Shown: one piece after another, positions 1 through 9,200 of the stretch | How positions within the stretch are numbered: position 1 is the stretch's first letter | Layout of the letters: each line of letters begins with the position of its first letter | Origin: Perkinsus chesapeaki ATCC PRA-425 | Lineage: Eukaryota; Protista; Perkinsozoa | Length of the DNA: 53,168 bases | Direction: 5' to 3' | Assembly: GCA_013115145.1 (NCBI GenBank) | Contig: JAAPAO010000204.1 | Span: 1 to 53,168, forward strand | Program-made: the position numbers and the translations under genes | The notes under the pieces: generated by a model | Databases searched by the model: none | Told to the model about the DNA's origin: nothing | What the model saw: the letters and a program-made list of their open reading frames with translations, nothing else

Positions 1-274
1 CACATGTGGTCATTGGATACTCAGCACATTGGACGGGCTCGAGGACAGAATCATCGCAATCAGTAACATTTGTACCAGGCTGATAGCACTTGGAATCACC
101 CTTGTGGTAGAGACCAAAGCAAAGACCGTTGTCTTTACAGTATGACTGTTCACAACCGTCGGTCTGAGTGCACAGATCCGCACAATAATCACCAGTAGGC
201 GAAGCATCTTCTGAAGTTGCACCACCAAATCCAGCAACAGCTTCCAAGGTGGCAGCAGCAATAATAACGCGCAT
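1..274 (-). CDS. 5' part of a secreted Cys-rich protein, tandem paralog of 1578-2396, truncated by the window start
   Basis: ATG at 274 gives MRVIIAAATLEAVAGFGG...YCADLCTQTDGC. The segment matches 2123-2396 at 271 of 274 nt. The ORF track reads a different frame here. Confidence 0.8.
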   Translation of the reverse strand, partial: MRVIIAAATLEAVAGFGGATSEDASPTGDYCADLCTQTDGCEQSYCKDNGLCFGLYHKGDSKCYQPGTNVTDCDDSVLEPVQCAEYPMTTC

Positions 275-1301
275 GACTAGTTGAAAAAAGGCACAAAGTC
301 CTAAGTTAGCTCCTGAATTAACAAATAAAACACCATAGATGCTGATTTAGAATCCAAGAATTATTTCATAAGAGCTTCTTTGGTTACTTATCCCGCAGTG
401 ATTTAGTGATGTCGAAGCACCCACCGAACAAACATTGCAGTACCAGCGTTTGGGTGGTGCAATTGCGAAATTGTGTCACGCTAAGTTCAGTCCGCAGTAT
501 ACTTCTTCGCCACAGCTAGACAGAGCTTCGACTCAATGATTCTACTCTCTCTGGGAGCATGCTTGAGAGAGTTTTAACGAAGGTTTGCGAAGCAACATTG
601 TGCTGAGTAGTTCAAGTGCAAGTTTGTGTTGTACACGCCTGCGTCGCTGTTTGCGGACGTTAGCATGTGAGGGGCGAATTTACGGAGCACCTTTAGGTGT
701 TCACCATTCGTCTGGATCGGTTGGACTGATCTCGACGTCATGGTCCTAGTTCCTCCTCGATTTCACCAACAACCTTGCCTTTTCTTGCGCACTCGGCACG
801 TTGGTTAGGTGGGACAGTTCGGAGCCCAAAAGCTTGGGCACTTTTTGTGCAGTCAGCTTGAACCCATCAGAAAAATTCAGCAACCTCTGTAAGGTTAGCT
901 CATCGGTACCAGAATGTTTATGGTGCAATTAAGACCTGAGAGTTTTCTCGACTCGAGCAATTTTGTTGAAGTTCAGAAGCAATACAACAATTTTGAAGAT
1001 AGTGAGTTTTCTTCCATGACCTGCGTTGATTATGCTACTGGTGCACAAACAACAACTACTGCAAAGAACGGTAGCATTCGATCATCGAGCTTCGATGGCT
1101 ATCATTCATCGAAGTAAGAATCTTTGTGACATGGGCAGCGGAAGCCCAGTGCCAATGGAGTTACCGATGGAGGCTACATTGTAGCCGATCGTAGCCGCTA
1201 CAACAGCTGTGTGGGCGTTAGTAAATGCAAATATAAGTACTTCGAGTTTGTAGGATACTTGGACCCTTCCCGCATTTCTGGGGTGAAGCTACTCAGCTGC
1301 A

Positions 1302-1520
1302 TCATAAGCCTACACTTCTCAATGATGATACGGTATTATCAAAACCGAACATGCAAGAGTATCCTGTGAATGGCATGCGCATTCTATTCGACAGGAATCC
1401 TGTCACAGGATATAGATATTCAACAACCAACTTCTCACCAGGCACGTAGTAATGAGCACCCAAGTCTTGTGAACTCAATAACAATGACACTATTGACACA
1501 TGTATGAAAATTAGGAACAA
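1302..1520 (-). pseudogene. Possible decayed gene for a lineage-specific secreted protein
   Basis: Hydrophobic signal-like N-terminus (FLIFIHVSIVSLLLSSQ) but no ATG. Coding-like text continues in another frame past the stop. No recognisable family. Confidence 0.2.
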
Positions 1521-1577
1521 TATTCGTCTAAAAAACTAGGATTGATTCGACAGAGTCGGACTGCGAGATAACATCAT

Positions 1578-2396
1578 TTATCGGACAACAGTCGCGGGAA
1601 GGTTGGTCGCGACCACAGAAGTCTCAGGCAAGTTGGTTGGGACCGTAGAAGTCTCAGGCAAGTTGGTAGGGACCGCAGAAGTCTCAGGCAAGTTGGTTGG
1701 GACCGCAGAAGTCTCAGGCAAGTTGGTTGGGACCACAGAAGTCTCCGGCAAGTCGCTTGGCTTAACAGTTGTCTCCGGCATGTTGCTTGGCTCAACAGAA
1801 GTCTCCGGCATGTTGCTTGGCTCAACAGAAGTCTCCGGCATGTGGCTTGGATCAACAGTAGTCTCCGGCATGTGGCTTGGATCAACAGTAGTCTCTGGCA
1901 AGTTACTTGGCTCAACAGTAGTCTCTGGCAAGTTTGTGGGAGCGGTAGTAGCCATTTCACAAGCATAGGGCTCTCCAACACATTCCTCATCTGTTGGATT
2001 GAAGCAAAGGCTGCCATCCTCCTTAACGATAATACCAAAGCAGACAGGAGGATCTTGCCACGTCTTGCAATAGGTACCCCATTTGGAGTTCTTGCATCCA
2101 GTGATATCGTTGCAGACATCCTCACATGTGGTCATTGGATACTCAGCACATTGGACGGGCTCGAGGACAGAATCATCGCAATCAGTAACATTTGTACCAG
2201 GCTGATAGCACTTGGAATCACCCTTGTGGTAGAGACCAAAGCAAAGACCGTTGTCTTTACAGTATGACTGTTCACAACCGTCGGTCTGAGTGCACAGATC
2301 CGCACAATAATCACCAGTAGGCGAAGCATCTTCTGAAGTTGCACCACCAAACCCAGCAACAGCTTCGAAGATGGCAGCAGCAATAATAACGCGCAT
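1578..2396 (-). CDS. Secreted/surface protein: signal peptide, two Cys-rich modules and a Pro/Thr/Glu mucin-like 10-aa repeat tail (272 aa)
   Basis: The ATG at 2396 (MRVIIAAAIFEAVAG) is conserved in the paralog at 274, whereas the longer ORF-track extension is not. Two related C-x3-C...YCK...CFG...C modules, then 12 repeats of the PETTVEPSNL type. TAA at 1578. Confidence 0.85.
   Translation of the reverse strand: MRVIIAAAIFEAVAGFGGATSEDASPTGDYCADLCTQTDGCEQSYCKDNGLCFGLYHKGDSKCYQPGTNVTDCDDSVLEPVQCAEYPMTTCEDVCNDITGCKNSKWGTYCKTWQDPPVCFGIIVKEDGSLCFNPTDEECVGEPYACEMATTAPTNLPETTVEPSNLPETTVDPSHMPETTVDPSHMPETSVEPSNMPETSVEPSNMPETTVKPSDLPETSVVPTNLPETSAVPTNLPETSAVPTNLPETSTVPTNLPETSVVATNLPATVVR
1591..1950. 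repeat. Coding 30-bp minisatellite, 12 units
   Basis: GTCTCAGGCAAGTTGGTTGGGACCGCAGAA-type units in exact 30-nt phase from 1591 to 1950. Confidence 0.95.
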
Positions 2397-3286
2397 GATT
2401 AGTCGAGAAGGGGAAATCAACTTATCAACTAAGGTGATAAGCGAAATAATATTAATACCAATAAAGACTATTACTGATACTTGACAACGGATGTAGACGG
2501 TAGCTGAACCGTTGCACAAACACTAGCTTGAATCACTAACCATTCCAGGGCGCACAGCATGAGAAGCAATAATTCTGTGTCCTTGGGGTACAATACTATA
2601 AAGCTCATAGGAATGGTAAAAAGACTTCCAGGCGAGCCTTCATCAAGCGTGCCTGCGTTTGACAATCTACGAATGCTATAGTCTAGAAGCGCTTGTCGAA
2701 CACGCATACTCGGCTGTATTAGTCTTGCACGTCATTTTGAGTGCCCCCCGAGATCATGATGAGACTGATCAGGAAGTTATATTGACAGCAAAACACTTAT
2801 GGACGAACTCTGAGAACCCTTGGCTGAGCATCTCCTATTACATCCTGTAGTCCTGTAGTCCATTGGTCCTGTACTATCAATCCGACCAAGCAATAACTCG
2901 AACGTAACTCTCGGCGTAAAGAAAAACTCTCTAAGAACTCTGGTAACTAACTCGTAAGAAGAACTCTTGGCGTAACTCGAGGGAAGCCGTTCTCACGTAG
3001 TTGAACTTTGGCAAAAAACCTGTGGCCTGTGAGAAGGGCGAGCTCCTCTCCACGAGGGATGAAATGGGTCTACAATGAATGGGCGGTAATCAACGTTGTC
3101 TATCGTACTCTACATAAGAACGTTCTATACCAACGAATGAAACAATACTCTTCGTGGTGACGTTCATCATCATGAATACTCGTGTTCATGATAATAGTAC
3201 AGGAAAGTCTATGTCTGGTCGACCGGAGCATAAGAGGACTTGAGACGACATGCTGAATGAGGTCTGGTACCCCGCGGTAGAAAGCC

Positions 3287-4672
3287 CTACGAGTCACGAC
3301 GGGAAATGACCTTGTAAATAGCAGCTTCGGCGATGGCGCCTTGAATGGTGTGATAAACATCAAGTGCTCCTCCATGACGATGAATTATACGAGATGGCCA
3401 ATGTATAGGAGTAGAATAACGCATCAGAAGAGGCTTGATTTCGAAAGGCCTAATGCCCAAACCTAGTAAGATTCCAACTGGGCCGGCTACGTACGGAGTA
3501 GCAAATGAGGTGCCGGTGACTGACCGAATCGAACCATCTCCATTAAAGCCTACTGGAATATCAGTGCCAAAGGCAGCCAGGTGTACTTGAGGTCCATAGT
3601 TGCTGTAGGGGGAGATGAAGTCAGGTTTTTCGAGAGCCCCAACGCAGATGCTATTGTACCCTCTGTAGGCGCAAGGAAATATATCGGGATCATTCATACC
3701 GTAGTTACCAGCTGCAGAGACAACGATTATATCTTTTTCGCCGGCTCTGTCCAGAGCTTTCTTGAGCAAGAATTTCCTCTGAAGACCAAGTCGTGTTTCT
3801 TCCGGCCATGAATCTAGTTTCATTCCGAGTGATAAAGAGATGACTTCGATACCAATGTCGATCGCCAATTCCAGACCCTCCATGAGATCAGAGAAGTAGA
3901 AGGTGGTACTATTACCGAAGACGTTTATACTCATGAGCCTCAAATTAGAAGCGACTCCAGCCACACCGAAGCTATTGTTGGCTCTAGCTGCCATCACACG
4001 GGCAACATCACTTCCGTGATTCCCTGTAATAAACGGCCGCCCAGTGTCGTGGACAACATCCCAGTATCCAGTGATAACGTGACCTCTTGAAGTTGTGAAG
4101 ATACCCCTAGAAGAGGCTAGATCTGGGTCTCGGAAGTCAATGCCGTCATCCAAGATGGCAACCGATACCTCGCGGAGCCTTCTCTGACTGATCAAACTCC
4201 ACACCTTGCCCATGCGCATGGCCTGGAGTTGGAATTGCGTGCGAGAGAGGGGGTCGCTAATATTGAAGTTGTCCGAGCTGCTGAACTTGGTCCCACTCAA
4301 AGCGTCATCAGTACAGGTGGCAACAATATCTGGTAGCAGCCGAGAAGCCATGTCGATGTAGTCGCAGAACGTGTCAGGACCAAGGTAATTAGTATCACGG
4401 ACGGAAGTCCACACGATCTGGATATTGACATTTGTCAAAGTCTTAACTTTCACTGTCATCAAGAAAGACATTATCTTTTCATTAGTAACATAACCACCAT
4501 GCTGTTGTAATAACAGTGGCAACCTCCGGAAATCTACCAGCGATCCCGAGCGATCATTGATTGAGACGAGTGCTCTCCCATCACCATGTGTGGTGATTTG
4601 CGAGTGTGCTAAGTAAAAAAGAAGAGGCAGAATTACAGTGGTAGATATTATCATTTGTGGTGGAGGGATCAT
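3287..4672 (-). CDS. Intronless subtilisin-like serine protease (S8) with signal peptide and prodomain
   Basis: Catalytic motifs VAILDDG (Asp), GNHGSDVA (His), VSAAGN (oxyanion Asn) and VTGTSFATP (Ser). Hydrophobic signal IISTTVILPLLFYLAHS. Start at 4672 or 4654. Confidence 0.93.
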   Translation of the reverse strand: MIPPPQMIISTTVILPLLFYLAHSQITTHGDGRALVSINDRSGSLVDFRRLPLLLQQHGGYVTNEKIMSFLMTVKVKTLTNVNIQIVWTSVRDTNYLGPDTFCDYIDMASRLLPDIVATCTDDALSGTKFSSSDNFNISDPLSRTQFQLQAMRMGKVWSLISQRRLREVSVAILDDGIDFRDPDLASSRGIFTTSRGHVITGYWDVVHDTGRPFITGNHGSDVARVMAARANNSFGVAGVASNLRLMSINVFGNSTTFYFSDLMEGLELAIDIGIEVISLSLGMKLDSWPEETRLGLQRKFLLKKALDRAGEKDIIVVSAAGNYGMNDPDIFPCAYRGYNSICVGALEKPDFISPYSNYGPQVHLAAFGTDIPVGFNGDGSIRSVTGTSFATPYVAGPVGILLGLGIRPFEIKPLLMRYSTPIHWPSRIIHRHGGALDVYHTIQGAIAEAAIYKVISRRDS

Positions 4673-5077
4673 TTGGGAGAAATTCTGCAGTGAGCACATA
4701 GCATGAGCTTCATACGTATAGTGCGAGACTCGCACTGCGAGTGATTGTACACAAGTTGCATTTTTGCAGCATATCAGTTGTTGAACCTATGAGGCCCACA
4801 TTTTGTTCATCGTTTCATAATGGGGACGGTCACGAACTGCGACGTCATGGGCAGGCTGTCACGACTGGGTCCTAGCAACTGCGCGAATCTAGGTTTACCT
4901 TACAGTCGTGAGATTATGATGATGATATCATGATGATCATGATGATTGTGGGAACCTGACTGGTCACTCTTATCACAGGTCTTGCCCGCCCAGCATCGGC
5001 AATTCCTCAGGAAAAATTCCCTTTTCTACAGAGAGAGCTGCTTCTCTGTCTTCCGTGGGAGTATTTCCCCGGGCCAC

Positions 5078-5374
5078 ATTGGAATATAATCATTCTGCAA
5101 CATGTTTTATCGCTCATCTGATTAGTCCTGCATTATNNNNNNNNNNNNNNNNNNNNNNNNNNNNNNNNNNNNNNNNNNNNNNNNNNNNNNNNNNNNNNNN
5201 NNNNNNNNNNNNNNNNNNNNNNNNNNNNNNNNNNNNGATTTCATTGGAATATAATCATTCTGCAACATGTTTTATCGCTCATCTGATTAGTCCTGCATTA
5301 TGATTTCATTGGAATATAATCATTCTGCAACATGTTTTATCGCTCATCTGATTAGTCCTGCATTATGATTTCAT
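5078..5374. repeat. 65-bp tandem repeat spanning an assembly gap
   Basis: Unit ATTGGAATATAATCATTCTGCAACATGTTTTATCGCTCATCTGATTAGTCCTGCATTATGATTTC starts at 5078, 5243 and 5308. Confidence 0.95.
5137..5236. other. Assembly gap (100 N) inside the 65-bp array
   Basis: Run of N. Confidence 1.
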
Positions 5375-5531
5375 GGCACATCCATTCTATCCAAGCGAAG
5401 GATCAAAGATCCCTGAAGGAGTTTGAGCCTGAAATTCGTGCATACGTCTTGAACGCAGTAGGCGTTTTCGTTTGGCTTTCACTTTCACTTCTGTTCTGGA
5501 TCGAACAGCTGGGTGACTTTATACGGTGTAT

Positions 5532-5807
5532 TCATGCGTAGTGAACGCGTAACGTCTCGATCCTCAGTCGATAAGCTTCCGACTTGAGTTTTCCGCACTC
5601 CGTACTTTGACTGTCACAGTGTGACAGTTGCGCATGAAACGGCTGATCGATTTGCATATTGTGACTTGAAAGTGTCTGATTCCCACTTTTTGTCTCGTAA
5701 TACGTCCCAATCGCCGGGAAACCAAAAGCCACGTATACCATACTCGATATGTAGCTTGTACACTTCAGGCCGCACAAAAGCACGATTATTAAACGTGCCT
5801 TCACCAA
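5532..5807 (-). pseudogene. Possible decayed secreted-protein ORF
   Basis: Hydrophobic N-terminus (LIIVLLCGL...MVYVAFG) followed by FPAIGTYY, then an early stop. No family recognised. Confidence 0.2.
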
Positions 5808-5868
5808 GGATCGAACTTAGGTCTCCCGCTTGAGCGCTTCGCATACTAACTCACTAGACTAATACTAT
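5796..5868 (-). tRNA. Pseudo-tRNA / tRNA-derived element (73 nt)
   Basis: Box A-like TAGTCTAGTG. Fully paired T-arm CTAAG-TTCGATC-CTTGG. GCGGGAGACC resembles the Asp/Glu-type variable region. Acceptor and anticodon stems do not pair. Confidence 0.5.
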
Positions 5869-6251
5869 CCGAAATCTTGTTGTCACCATATTAGGCCCTA
5901 ATGATTAGGGTCCTATGTGTTGTGTACCGATATAGTTGGGGTCACATCTATATTCATCATGAATGCTCTCCTTCTATTAAAACGCAACAGTAGTGCGGTC
6001 CAGGTATACGAACTACTGGTGTCATATTAGCAATATGAATATCTTCCTTTATAAGCCTTTTTCAACACTGACCTCCAACTGATTCGCAAAGATTCTTAAT
6101 AGGTTCATTCACGACCCTCCATGTCTTTTCAGTTTTACCTTCTATGCGCCCAGCTGTTTGCGCTGCATTCGCTCTCGTCAGTCCAGCAGTTCTTCATCAC
6201 TCAACGGCCACACCATTACTTCGAAATTCGACACTTATATTAAATAGGAAA

Positions 6252-9200
6252 ATGGCTACAATAGCAGCAAGAACGAATGATATTCAAAAACCTGATACTG
6301 ACTATAGGAAATATAGAGCTATCACATTGCCTAACAAAATGGAGGTAATAGGTGGAATGAGCAGCGGGTCACTGATATCTTAGGTCGGACCATGCTTGTT
6401 TATCTTTTAATGATTCCTACACTTATATTTGTATTAAACGTACTGAGCAGCCGAGCACGGACAGTAACTTCGTAACTATTTTCTCGATCACCCGTTTCAT
6501 TATTGCGCTAAGTCCAGTACGATTTTGTCGCTTAATTATTGCGTTATCCGTTCTATAAGAATATTTCACAGTCCATAGGAATCTCCGGCGGGCTCTGAGA
6601 TATTCGATTATTTTAGAATGTTCCTATTAGGAATATATTTTGTTATTTCTCAGGCATTGCTGATCCATGATCCCAAAACGGAGAAGTCGGCAGCTTCGAT
6701 GGCCGTCAAGTAATAGATCGAGGAGGGGTTAGTGCTCATGCCCGAGAGTGGCATGGGCTTTCGGCCAGCACTTATCTCTGGCCAGACATACCGGCTGTAA
6801 ATTCATGTTACACTATCATCATAGGGGGTCTCCGCTCGCGCTGTTCAGCGAGTCATAGAGGAAAATTGAATATTCCGTTTATCCTTCCTGGAACATGTTT
6901 TCTCACCGAATTTCTAATGACATTTTCCAAGTCTCGAGAAACACATTTGTGTGAGGCTGGCAATGTTATCGGATAACACTGCTGCTGGATTACTTTGTTC
7001 CTCTTCCTCTGCTAAACCGTATATCTTCCAGAACGCTCCGGAGAATCCGTTCCGTGAAGCCCGGCAAATCCAGATATCGGCATGACTTTTACCAACCGCT
7101 AGTCCGTGTAGGCGATCGTGTATTAAATATTTCACCGCTGTGCACTAGTTGTAGGCGTCCTGGATCAAATATCTATATCTGAACCCCCACTGGCGACTCT
7201 GGCCCAGGGCGAGTTACTCCTATGAATTGAGCTGGATCACTCACCGTAGATCGTTTCGGTTAGTAGAGTGTTTTCAAAGCATGACCCGCCTTATAATCTT
7301 ATATCGGAAAATTACTAGGTAATGTGTTATAAGTTGCTTTCTCATTTTTTGCCTTTCTCGGCACCCGCTGTATGTCCCTTGTAACCTGGTTCTTCGCATC
7401 CTAGACATTCTAACGTAGCAAGCTTATTCTAGCATCACTAACTTTGCTACATGTTGTATGTATAATATACTTTATTGCCCTAGTCACTGCCGAATAGCTG
7501 CATTTACGTGTCGTCTACTGCGTTGGTAAACAGAGTACTTATTCTTTACTGCCCGAGCTCGCATGCTGCCAAGAATTCACCTTCTGCAATGTAGATGTGT
7601 TCATCTAGGTTCACCAAAAACGATTTCTAGTGCGAAAGTATAATAGACATTTTATTATTACAAAATGTGTTACTGTAGCCCTAAGAAATATGATACCCAT
7701 TTCTCCTAGGGAACATCTCCCTGGGACATGGGAGGTTTGCTCATGGCTCACACCGCCGGTCCCGCCAACTCTGTCTGTGCTTTTTATCAAACAATTAACT
7801 GCGTTGATAAATTTTACTCAATAAATAAGCAAGGATATAAACTGTATATAATTATGGGTTCAGCTGTCACGTCGTTTTCGAAGTTGCTGTTATCTTTCAG
7901 TGTCGGCTCGATGTTCGATCCTCCACAGTATCAAGGCATTGCACATTTCCTAGAACATATGTTATTTCTCGGAACAACAAAGTAATACATGGGTAAAATA
8001 ATTATACCACATTTCCTTCGCATCGTGTCCAGATACCCAGAGGAGGATTCCTATAATAAGTATCTTGCTCAGAATGGAGGGAGATCTAATGCCTTCACCA
8101 GTGACACAAATACTGTCTACTTTTTCACGGTAATACTGCTGGCTGCTTAGGCTTTATTAGCCTAGCATACATTGCTGAAGCATTGTCCAAGGGCTCCTTT
8201 TGCTACACAGAACTTATATTTCGGAAACGCGCGGCTCGAAGCTCAAAAATCGGTTTACTGGTTTTGGTATATAATCAGAAAGCCACTACCTCAGTTCGAA
8301 CCCGATATCGGGTTCCAGCAAGCGGGATCGCTGTGCCTTCGCTTTAATAGGAAGCTCAAACTGCTCGAGAAGATTCGCTTGGTAGATTTGAAAACATCGG
8401 AGTCGTTATTATTAGCCGAAATTCCCGTCTACTTCACAGTATTGCTGGTGATACAATTCGGTGGGAAATGACGTGCATTTATGGGGTGTTTTGCGGATCC
8501 CAGTTGGCGATGAAATTAGTGATTGTCATCCTTCGCCGAAAAGTCGGAAAATGTCACAAGCACGGAAGTTGCCTTAGTCTGACGTTCGTACATCTTTCCA
8601 GGTTAACTCTGGAGCATTGGACGGCGCATTGGATAGATTCTCTTATTTCTTCAAGGAGCCACTATTCACCCAATCGGCTACGGACAGAGAGGTAGGCATA
8701 GGAAAGGGGTAGAGCTTTCTTAAGTGGTAATCAATTATGACTACTAATTATCAACATCGTTGATTTAGCGTTAAGGATATTCAGAATGTTCATTTATGCG
8801 AACTCATGCAGTCTATTGATGGTCAACGGGTGTTTTTGATGTGGCGATATGATACTGAGGATCGACTTCAAAAAGCGATATTGGATGCATTCAAGCTAGG
8901 CTCAGAATTCGACGTTTCTATATGACCACGTATAAAAGGCTATTCGTCTTGAGATATTTTTTCAAATTTTTTGGTTCACTTCAGGTGCAAGCGGTGAACT
9001 CCGAGAACAGCAAGAATCTGCAAGCGGACGTGTGGCGAATGATGCAGTTAGAGAGGGAATTAGTGTTTAATAAGGAACATCCGTCATACCATTTTGGTAG
9101 GGGTACTTGCCAGTGAAGTTTGGGGAAAAATTGGTATGAGTATTTTAAGGATCATGATTTCAATTCATTCTGGGTAGGTCGGAAGCCTCGAAAAGAGCAT

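Noticed and set aside
1603-2267. Antisense and alternate-frame ORFs over the mucin gene
   Set aside because: Shadow ORFs produced by the 30-bp coding repeat.
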